From Macrostomum hystrix (Eukaryota; Animalia; Platyhelminthes): a stretch of DNA of 64,000 bases. A program made the translations under genes and the position numbers. The stretch is from contig CATNEN010000003.1 in the NCBI GenBank assembly GCA_950097015.1, forward strand, positions 1,550,001 through 1,614,000. The letters are read 5' to 3'. Below are positions 24,303 to 34,392 of the stretch, one piece after another. Below the pieces are notes generated by a model. That model saw nothing but the letters and a program-made list of their open reading frames with translations, was not told the DNA's origin and did no database searches. The stretch's first letter is position 1. Each line of letters opens with the position of its first letter.

Positions 24303-24812
24303 CATGCATCTGTGCACCGAAGGGCAGCCATTGGGGCACCAAAGGCCATGATCGTGCTCATCCTAGACTACCCTGCTGCTGCACTGCTGCTGGTCATTCA
24401 GCAGTATGTCCTTCCAGGGACACATAATTACTGATGGCTGGCAGGCCTACAATGCATTTTAAAATCATGTGTCTGATAGTTATTGCCTGCACTTTTTGGT
24501 CCCCAACAATCCCACCCTGCACACCAGCACCATTGAGGGATCATGGGCCCATGTGATAGACAAGTTCCGCAGGATGAGTGGCACAAGTGATGATCACTAT
24601 TCAAGATGCAACTTTATAAGTACCTCTGGCATCACCTCTTCATAGAAAATACATTTGGCAACTACCTATATTGGGTTGCCCCTATTACTGACTAGTGACT
24701 TTTAATATAACTTTTGTTAGGCCTAGTATTTGTTCATGAAATTATTGAAAAAATAGTTAGATTCAAGAAACTAAGAGTTTGCCAAATATTTTTTTCTGAT
24801 AGGCCCCTAGTT
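24111..24812 (+). mobile_element. Decayed Merlin (IS1595/ISXO2-like DDE) transposon with transposase pseudogene (~24335-24690)
   Basis: Broken frames read AAALLLVIQQYVLPGT / IITDGWQAYNAF* / LHTSTIEGSWAHVIDKFRRMSGTS; inverted repeats AACTAGGGGCCTAT(T)CAG at 24111-24128 and 24796-24812. Confidence 0.8.
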
Positions 24813-25015
24813 TTTGTTTTTTTGTTATATATATTTGTTTTTGTTTTCTTCTGGATATGTTTACTTAAATAAGATCCAAGTTAATTATGACTTAAAAAGT
24901 GACCTTTAAATTTATTTTGAAGTAGGTTTTATATTAGCATGAATAGGCCTATATCTTATGAAAATAACATTAGCAAATAAACATGTATAAAATAAATGAC
25001 CCCTGTTATTTTCTT

Positions 25016-25420
25016 GGCAGTTGTTATTTGTCCGGTTAACTGGACAAATAGCCGTTTGATTATTCATCCGGTTAATCGAGGTTGTAGGGGTTGTAGCGCT
25101 ACCACGAGAACCTCTATCATTTGTAAGATAAAATAATTAACAAGCTGCAAAAGGACAGTCATTCAGATTTGAAGTTTGTGTCTCAAATTATTTTCACTTA
25201 TCAGCTAATTAAAAAAATTAAAACCTTTTCCAGAAATTCGGTTGTTTCAGGGACTAACTTAGTTCAAGGGTATAGTTTGGTCTTTGTGAGGTCAAGACTC
25301 AAGATGGCTATTAGCAGGGCAAGAGCGGTCTTTGGGAGGATCGTTGCTCCTGCTCATTGAAAGGAGAGAAATTAAGTCCTTGGGTGGTTAACCAGTTAAC
25401 CGGACAAATAACCAAATGGC
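25016..25420. mobile_element. 405-bp MITE with 9-bp TSD
   Basis: Perfect 21-bp inverted repeat GTTATTTGTCCGGTTAACTGG (25023-25043 / 25392-25412); TATTTTCTT at 25007-25015 and 25421-25429. Confidence 0.85.
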
Positions 25421-25845
25421 TATTTTCTTAGCTAATTTCTTAATTAAATTAGCAACTTTTTTATTCCTAGCTTCAAAACTAGAAACGAGCTTAGAACTAG
25501 CTTGAGTCTCTTGAGTCAATCAACCTTGGGCTCTTGCTCATTAGCTAGGCATAGTATGAAGATGATTATTAAATGTTTTCTGAATAATAAAAAAGCAATG
25601 CCTATTTAAACAGAGCTCAAATGAATAAAAAAATGTGTAAAAAACTTGTGTTTTTCAACTTGTGTTATAAAAAAGTTTCAGACTCATTTTTCTGACTTGA
25701 AATCCTGGCCATATTGTAGTTTATGGAGAATTTAGTATTCCACATATTAGCACTTTGATAGCTAGCTATTTATAGAAACCCTATCTGTTGATCATACTAG
25801 TGTAATGTACTTATATATACTTTTATGGTTTCATTATTATAGCCT

Positions 25846-26163
25846 AGGTTGTAGGCTAGTGGTTAGGGTGTCAGACTCACAACTTGAAGGTCGGGGGTTC
25901 AATTCCCATCTCCACTTAAACAATTTGTGTCCTTTAGCAAGACACTTAACTCTGCATTGCTTCAGTTCACCCAGCTGTTAAATGGGTACCAGCATTAGCT
26001 GGGATAATTGAAGGTGGGTATGGTGTCCCCACAGCCATGGACTAAACAGCCATATACAGCCTTCAGATGCGCCGCGGAATAGCTGTGGCTATGCTGTCGG
26101 CTGCACATCTGACCTGATTAGGGCAGGTGTAATCAATTATTATTATTATTATTATTATTATTA
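25846..26163 (+). mobile_element. SINE family B, full length (tRNA head, CORE-like middle, (ATT)n tail)
   Basis: A box TAGGCTAGTGG, B box GGTTCAATTCC, TGTGTCCTTTAGCAAGACACTTAAC resembling the CORE domain, (ATT)n tail, flanking TTATAGC repeat. Confidence 0.85.
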
Positions 26164-26512
26164 TTTTTATAGCATATTGGCCTAACCACTTGGCCCTTGT
26201 TTGATACTTTAAATTGTCCCAAAAATGTGTGTTTAAATATTTCAATGAACAAGTTAATTACAATAATATTTGATTTAATTATCTATAGCACTGCTTTACA
26301 CATCTCCTACACTAGGAGCCAATATATATTATGTGTTATTTGCTTATAATGACAAGTTAATAAGTTATTAAACTATACAGTTACTAAAATTGAGGCTAAA
26401 CTAATAGGTATTCAGGGTGACCCAACAGGGTTAGATTAATTTTTTTGTCTTATACATAAATTTTTATCAATCAGATACATTAAAAATATCTAATATATCT
26501 AATAATGCAACC

Positions 26513-26650
26513 TTCCAAGGCCAACCTTGAAGTGTACACTGCCTGACAATGAGAAAGTTGGGGCAGATTTACACACCTGTGTAATCATGTGCCTGCGTAT
26601 GGTATCTGTATGCGTTATCTGTAGCCAAGGCTGTTATTTACATTATTATT
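26513..26650 (+). mobile_element. SINE family A fragment
   Basis: gtgtacactgcctgacaatgagaaagttggggcagatttacacacctgtg. Confidence 0.75.
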
Positions 26651-26686
26651 CCTAATTAAAAATAAAATTTCCAGCCCAGAAAACCA

Positions 26687-29600
26687 ATGGGTGGCGGAGA
26701 CAAACGCAAGAAAGGTAGCGGTAAATCAAATGCAGCAGCCTCCACTTCATCCAAGGACACTGGGCGGCCCTCTAAGAAGGTTCGCCTAACCATTGAAGCC
26801 ACTAAATACGACTCGGATGTGGACTATCAGCCGTCTGATTTTGAAGACGACGTTGCTACAGAGTCTTCGGCGGCGGCCGCGGTTCCAGCAGCCGCGGCCA
26901 AAGGTGCGCCGGGCGAAGAAGCCGGCTCCGTTGAACTAGACGAATACGGTGCGAAAGATTATAGCAAATCCTTGACGCTGAAGCCGGATCACGAGTCTAG
27001 GCCATTGTGGGTCGGCCCGGACGGTCACATCTTTCTGGAGGCGTTTAGTCCGGTGTACAAGCAGGCTCACGATTTTCTTATCGCCATCTCGGAGCCGATT
27101 AGTAGGCCGGAATTGATTCACGAGTATAGGCTGACCTCATATAGTCTGTGAGTATTACTAAAGCTGTCTGGCAGTTCAATATGCGTGAATGAAAATTAGA
27201 GGCCGTGCCAAATCAAGAAATGAAAGAAATCAAAATATGAAAAGTCTCAATTAACCTTTTCAAGATTGGGGAGCTAATCTACGCGAGGCATGAGAAGGGG
27301 GAAATAACCTACTCAAGATATGAGAAGTGGGAGCTAACCTACTCAAGACATGAGAGAAGGGGAACTAACCTACTCAAGAAATGAGCGATGGGACATAACC
27401 TACTCAAGACATGAGAAGGGGGAGCTAACCTACTCAAGATATGAGAAGGGGGAGCTAACCTACTCAAGATATGAGAAGGGGGAGCTAACCTACTCAAGAT
27501 ATGAGAAGGGGGAGCTAACCTACTCAAGATATGAGAAGGGGGAGCTAACCTACTCAAGACATGAGAAGGGGGAGCTAACCTACTCAAGACATGAGAAGGG
27601 GAGCTAACCTACTCAAGATATGAGAAGGGGAGCTAACCTACTCAAGATATAAGAAGGGGGAGCTAACCTACTCAAGATATGAGAAGGGGGGGCTAACCTA
27701 CTCAAGATATGAGAAGGGGGAGCTAACCTACTCAAGATATGAGAAGGGGGAGCTAACCTACTCAAGATATGAGAAGGGGGAGCTAACCTACTCAAGATGT
27801 GAGAAGGGGGAGCTAACCTACTCAAGACATGAGAAGGGGGAGCTAACCTACTCAAGATATGAGAAGGGGGAGCTAACCTACTCAAGACATGAGAAGGGGG
27901 AGCTAACCTACTCAAGATATGAGAAGGGGGAGCTAACCTACTCATGAAACTAGAAGGGGGAGCTAATCTACTTAGGACGCATAATTATTTCTCGGAGCAA
28001 AACCTCTACCATTTTCAGTTACGCAGCTGTGAGTGTCGGCCTAGAGACTGACAATATCATAGAATATTTGCGTCGATTGTGCAAAACTTCGCTGGATCCA
28101 GGCATTGAGCAATTCATTCGAATTTGTACACAGAGCTACGCCAAGCTCAAACTTGTACTCAAGGATGGCAGATATTTTATTGAAAGTCAGCATTTGTCTG
28201 TTGTTCGCACTGTAATGCTGGATGCTGTGGTCCTTGAATGCCTGTTAAATCCTAGCGAGGCTCAGTCGATGCTGGAGGTGGCTTTGGCAGCTGCTCAGGT
28301 GAGACTGTGGATTCTCTTGTTTTCAAAGTGTTCTCTAACTGTCTGCAGTTCATGTTCATTAGATTGCCTTGGCTGTTGGCTTCCTTATTTTCACTGAATA
28401 TCCCTAGCGTTTAAAGTACACCGAGACTATAAAAGAGGATTACCCTATTTTCTAACGTGCGATAGATTCCCTGTGGATTAGATTCTAGCGTATTGTTTAT
28501 TATTATCAGTGAATTCGCAATTTTATATCGTACATCGGATTTCCCAATTTTTTTGCGTACATTTGGCGACGAATAATCTAGTCTAACATATTTCGTTGAA
28601 TTACCCGATTTTCTAGCGTACATTGGATTCCCGATTATCTAATCTAACGTGTTTTATTGAATAGCCATATTTTCTGACGTACTCCAATACCTAATTTGGG
28701 AGTTCCCGAATATCAAACGCACACTGGATTCCCCTATTTTCTAACGTACTTTTTCTAATTTCTTGATGTACATTAGATTTCCCAATTTCCCGATGTACAT
28801 TGGATTTCCCAATTTCCCGATGTACATTGGATTTCCCAATTTCCCGATGTACATTGGATTTCACAATTTTCTGACGTACATTCGATTTCCCAATATTCTG
28901 ACGTGCATTGGGTTTCCCAATATCCTGATGTACATTGGATTTCCCAATTTTCTTACGTACATTGGATTCCCCTGTTTTCTAACGTACACTGGATTCCCCA
29001 TTTATTTCATCCGACCCTTGGAAAACACCCACAGGGTCGCGCCACTGCTGGCTCATCAGAGCCGGCTCCTTCGGCTGAGCCGGCCGCGTCGACAGCAACG
29101 GCGGCGTCGTCATCGGCCGAGCCGCCCAGCGACATCCTCGATCTCTACGATCGTCTGGATCGAGAAGACGCCGCCGCTGAGGATTCCCTAGCATCGGCTA
29201 ATCGGGTGTCTCTAGAAGTGCAGCAGAGCATGATTGAGGTGCTGCAGAAACGCTGCACGGAGCTAGATTATCCCCTGATGGCCGAGTACGATTTCCGTCA
29301 GGACAGTAAGAATCCCAATCTAGGCATCGATTTGAAGCCATTGACAACGCTTCGGCCGTATCAGGAGCGCTCGTTGCACAAAATGTTCGGCAATGGTCGT
29401 GCCCGCAGCGGTGTCATTGTGCTACCCTGCGGTGCCGGTAAGACATTGGTTGGAGTTACCGCAGCATGTACCGTTAGAAAGCGTTGCCTAGTTCTGTGCA
29501 CCTCCGGCGTGGCTGTTGAACAATGGCGCAATCAGTTTCGACTCTGGTCCACTATTGAAGATTCTCAGATTTGTCGTTTCACGAGCGACTCGAAGGAGAG

Positions 29601-32406
29601 GCCTGGTAATGCAGGCATTTGCATATCTACCTACTCAATGATTGCTCACAGCAGTAAGCGGTCATACGAAGCGGAACAGGTGATTTTTTTTCTTATGACC
29701 TGTCTATAATTTAATAATTAATTTCTCATTAACTAATAGAGGACGCTACCTACTTATGACCTGTCATTAATATGTCTTATAGAATTGTGTAATGACCATT
29801 ATTAAATATGTCTGATAGAATGGTGTAACGACCACTCTTAAATATGTCTTATAGAATTGTGTAATGACCATTCTTAAATATGTCTGGTAGATTGGTGTAA
29901 TGACCATTATTAAATATGTCTGATAGAATGGTGTAATGACCATTATTAAATATGTCTGATAGAATGGTGTAATGACCATTATTAAATATGTCTGATAGAT
30001 TGGTGTAACGACCACTCTTAAATATGTCTGATAGATTGGTGTAATGACCATTATTAAATATGTCTGATAGATAGGTGTAACGACCACTCTTAAATATGTA
30101 TTATAGAATTGTGTAATGACCATTCTTAAATATGTCTGATAGATTGGTGTAATGACCATTATTAAATATGTCTGATAGATTGGTGTAATGACCATTATTA
30201 AATATGTCTGATAGAATGGTGTAATGACCATTATTAAATATGTCTGATAGATTGGTGTAATGACCATTATTAAATATGTCTGATAAAATGGTGTAATGAC
30301 CATTATTAAATATGTCTGATAAAATTGTGAAATGACCATTATTAAATATGTCTGATAGAATGGTGTAATGACCATTATTAAATATGTCTGATAGATTGGT
30401 GTAATGACCATTATTAAATATGTCTGATAGAATGGTGTAATGACCATTATTAAATGAACTCTCCTTCATTAACCAGGTGATGTCCTGGCTTCGCGATCAG
30501 GAATGGGGCCTGATGGTGCTTGACGAAGTGCACACAATACCCGCCAAGATGTTTCGCAGGGTGCTAACAATTGTGCGCGCGCATTGTAAGCTAGGCCTGA
30601 CCGCTACTCTGGTTCGCGAGGATGACAAAATTGCCGACTTGAATTTTCTGATTGGTCCAAAACTGTACGAAGCCAACTGGCTGGAGCTTCAACGCGGCGG
30701 CTACATCGCCAGGGTGCAATGCGCGGAAGTTTGGTGCCCGATGTCGCCAGAATTCTACCGCGAATACTGCAGCCAGAAGTCCTGGGCTAGGCGGACACTG
30801 CTGTATCAGATGAATCCTAATAAATTTCGTGTCTGCCAATTTCTGATTAACTATCACGCCAGGCGTGAGGATAAGATCATAGTGTTCTCTGACAATGTGT
30901 TCGCATTGAAATATTATGCCAACGCTTTGAATAAGCCTTATCTGTACGGCCCAACTTCGCAATCGGAGCGAATGTACGTTTTGAAAAACTTTCAGAACAA
31001 TCCGCAAGTCAATACAATCTTCGTATCCAAGGTGGCTGATAACAGTTTCGACTTGCCCGAGGCTAATGTACTCATTCAAATCACCAGCCACGGCGGTTCT
31101 AGGCGTCAGGAGGCTCAACGACTGGGTAGAATTCTTCGCGCCAAACGCGGCATCGGACCGGGAGAAGATTATAACGCATTCTATTATAGCCTGGTGTCTC
31201 AGGACACAGCCGAGATGTACTTTGCAGAGAAGAGACAGCGCTTCCTGGTCAATCAGGTTCGTTGAGTTTGTTTCTGATTGGTTTAGGAGGCTAATGAGCA
31301 GCTTGTGATTGATTACGTAGGGTAATGAGTAGCTTGTGATTGATGTTGGAGGGTAATGAGTAGCTTGTGATTGATGTTGGAGGGTAATGAGTAGCTTGAG
31401 ATTGATTTAGGAGGGTAATGAGCAGCTTGAGATTGATTTAGGGGGTAATAAGCAGCTTGAGATTGATGTTGGAGGGTAATGAGCAGCTTGAGATTGATTT
31501 TGGAGGGTAATAAGCAGCTTGAGATTGATTTAGGAGGGTAATGAGCAGCTTGAGATTGATTTAGGAGGGTAATGAGCAGCTTGAGATTGATTTAGGGGGT
31601 AATAAGCAGCTTGAGATTGATTTTGGAGGGTAATAAGCAGCTTGAGATTGATTTAGGAGCTAGGGTAATGAGCAGCTTGAGATTGATTTAGGAGCTAGGG
31701 TAATGAGCAGCTTGAGATTGATTTAGGGGGTAATAAGCAGCTTGAGATTGATTTAGGAGGGTAATAAGCAGCTTGAGGTTGATTTAGGAGGGTAATAAGC
31801 AGCTTGAGATTGATTTAGGAGGGTAATAAGCAGCTTGAGGTTGATTTAGGAGGGTAATAAGCAGCTTGAGATTGATTTAGGAGGGAATGAGTAGCTTGTG
31901 ATTGATTGATTTGTGATACATTTTTCTCCTCGCTGGCTGCGGGTCTAGGGTCTAGTGCCCTCTGCCCTCCCGTAGATATTATAATGTTATCATTAACTAG
32001 CGGTCAGGGTCGGGAAGAGTAATGAGCAGCTTGAGATCAAAGGCTCCTTCTTATTGAATTCCCTCAGGGCTACGCATTCAAAGTGGTGACCCGTCTGCCT
32101 GGCATGGAGTCAGAGGAGGGTCTCGGCCTCTCTACAAAGGAGTCTCAGCTGCAGCTGCTGCAACAGGTGCTAGCCACATCGGAGGCCGACGCTCGCGACG
32201 AAGACGAACAACAGCCCGGAGCTGCTGCGTCAGGCGGTAGCGGCGCCTCGATGAAGAAAGTACAGTCGGCGCCAGCCTTTCAACGCCGCAGCGCCACAAT
32301 GGCCAGTCTGTCTGGCGCAGACGAGACAGTCTACGCCGAATTTCGTTCGGGCGGCAACAAACGCCTGCAGGAACGGCATCCGCTATTTAGAAAGTTTAAG
32401 CGTTGA
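26687..32406 (+). CDS. ERCC3: TFIIH helicase/translocase XPB; exons 26687-27147, 28019-28298, 29035-29679, 30477-31256, 32068-32406
   Basis: [36 protein letters not shown] (Walker A), [17 protein letters not shown] (RED motif), [17 protein letters not shown]-terminal RHPLFRKF. Confidence 0.97.
27265..27970. repeat. 30-bp intronic minisatellite (GAGAAGGGGGAGCTAACCTACTCAAGATAT)n
   Basis: ~23 units in XPB intron 1. Confidence 0.96.
28760..29000. repeat. 27-bp degenerate minisatellite (GATGTACATTGGATTTCCCAATTTCCC)n
   Basis: XPB intron 2; more decayed units back to ~28430. Confidence 0.85.
29768..30455. repeat. 36-bp intronic minisatellite (TAATGACCATTATTAAATATGTCTGATAGAATGGTG)n
   Basis: ~19 units in XPB intron 3. 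Confidence 0.96.
31285..31905. repeat. ~31-bp intronic minisatellite (GAGGGTAATGAGCAGCTTGAGATTGATTTAG)n
   Basis: XPB intron 4. Confidence 0.95.
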
Positions 32407-32869
32407 AAACTCTGGGCCAGTTTTAATGCGGCGTTAAACTACTTATCTAATGAGTAGTTGTCGCGAATTAATGAAAAAATCACTCTTAATATACTATTAA
32501 TACTACTAAAGCTACTCACTGAGTAGCATAATTTGTAATATAAAATTTGTAATTTAATGACAGCTAAACATGTTTTGGCTTAAAATTTATAAACAAACAA
32601 AAATACTGAAAGTTCACATGCTCCTCTGTCTAGTGTGATGCAACACATGTGACCCTTTTTCTGCTTGCTATTTGACAAATGTTACAATTCTAAATAGATA
32701 CTCAATCAGTGGCATTTCATTAATTTTTCATATTTTCGTGCTGATATTCTACTTTATCTGTTTCGTTGCCATACAAGAAGTGCTTTCGTTAATTCGTTAT
32801 TTAATCTATGAGAATTTCCCATTTCTAAAGGATACATCAGAACATGGAGTAAAATTGTAAAGTTTTGTG

Positions 32870-34352
32870 GTGTCTAACGAGGGTTGGGTAGATAAAGTAG
32901 TGTCTGACTATTGTGTTAGGTAGATAAAGCAGTGTCTAATGATAGTGTTGGGTAGATAAAGTTGTGTCTAACGATAGTGTTGGGTAGATAAAGTAGTGTC
33001 TGACTATTGTGTTAGGTAGATAAAGCAGTGTCTAATGATAGTGTTGGGTAGATAAAGTTGTGTCTAACGATAGTGTTAGGTAGATAAAGTAGTGTCTGAC
33101 TATTGTGTTAGGTAGATAAAGCAGTGTCTAACGATAGTGTTGGGTAGATAAAGCAGTGTCTAACGATAGTGTTGGGTAGATAAAGTTGTGTCTAACGATA
33201 GTGTTGGGTAGATACAGTAGTGTCTAACGATAGTGTTGGGTAGATAAAGTAGTGTCTGACTATTGTGTTGGGTAGATAAAGTTGTGTCTAACGATAGTGT
33301 TGGGTAGAAAAAGCAGTGTCTGGCTATTGTGTTGGGTAGATAAAGCAGTGTCTAACGATTGTGTTGGGTAGATAAAGTTGTGTCTAACGATAGTGTTGGG
33401 TAGATAAAGCAGTGTCTGGCTATTGTGTTGGGTAGATAAAGCAGTGTCTAACGATAGTGTTGGGTAGATAAAGCAGTGTCTGGCTATTGTGTTGGGTAGA
33501 TAAAGCAGTGTCTAGCGATAGTGTTGGGTAGATAAAGCAGTGTCTAACGATAGTGTTGGGTAGATAAAGCAGTGTCTGGCTATTGTGTTGGGTAGATAAA
33601 GCAGTGTCTAGCGATAGTGTTGGGTAGATAAAGCAGTGTCTAGCGATAGTGTTTGGTAGATAAAGCTGTGTTTAGCGATAGTGTTTGGTAGATAAAGCAG
33701 TGTCTAACGATAGTGTTGGGTAGATAAAGCAGTGTCTAGCGATAGTGTTTGGTAGATAAAGCAGTGTCTAGCGATAGTGTTGGGTAGATAAAGCAGTGTC
33801 TAGCGATAGTGTTTGGTAGATAAAGCAGTGTCTAGCGATAGTGTTGGGTAGATAAAGCAGTGTCTGGCTATTGTGTTGGGTAGATAAAGCAGTGTCTAGC
33901 GATAGTGTTTGGTAGATAAAGCAGTGTCTAGCGATAGTGTTGGGTAGATAAAGCAGTGTCTAGCGATAGTGTTTGGTAGATAAAGCAGTGTCTAGCGATA
34001 GTGTTGGGTAGATAAAGCAGTGTCTGGCTATTGTGTTGGGTAGATAAAGCAGTGTCTAGCGATAGTGTTTGGTAGATAAAGCAGTGTCTAGCGATAGTGT
34101 TGGGTAGATAAAGCAGTGTCTAGCGATAGTGTTTGGTAGATAAAGCAGTGTCTAGCGATAGTGTTGGGTAGATAAAGCAGTGTCTGGCTATTGTGTTGGG
34201 TAGATAAAGCAGTGTCTAACGATAGTGTTGGGTAGATAAAGTTGTGTCTAACGATAGTGTTGGGTAGATACAGTAGTGTCTAACGATAGTGTTGGGTAGA
34301 TAAAGCAGTGTCTAACGATAGTGTTGGGTAGATAAAGCAGTGTCTAGCGATA
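32870..34352. repeat. 32-bp minisatellite (GTGTCTAACGATAGTGTTGGGTAGATAAAGCA)n
   Basis: ~46 units ending ~40 nt before the BCS1L acceptor. Confidence 0.97.
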
Positions 34353-34392
34353 ATACCTGCTTCGATGATTTTATTCTCCATAAAAATTGCAG

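Noticed and set aside
25846-25920. tRNA genes at SINE heads (also 34956, 39535-39606, 39667)
   Set aside because: A/B boxes are present but no convincing cloverleaf; each continues into a SINE body.
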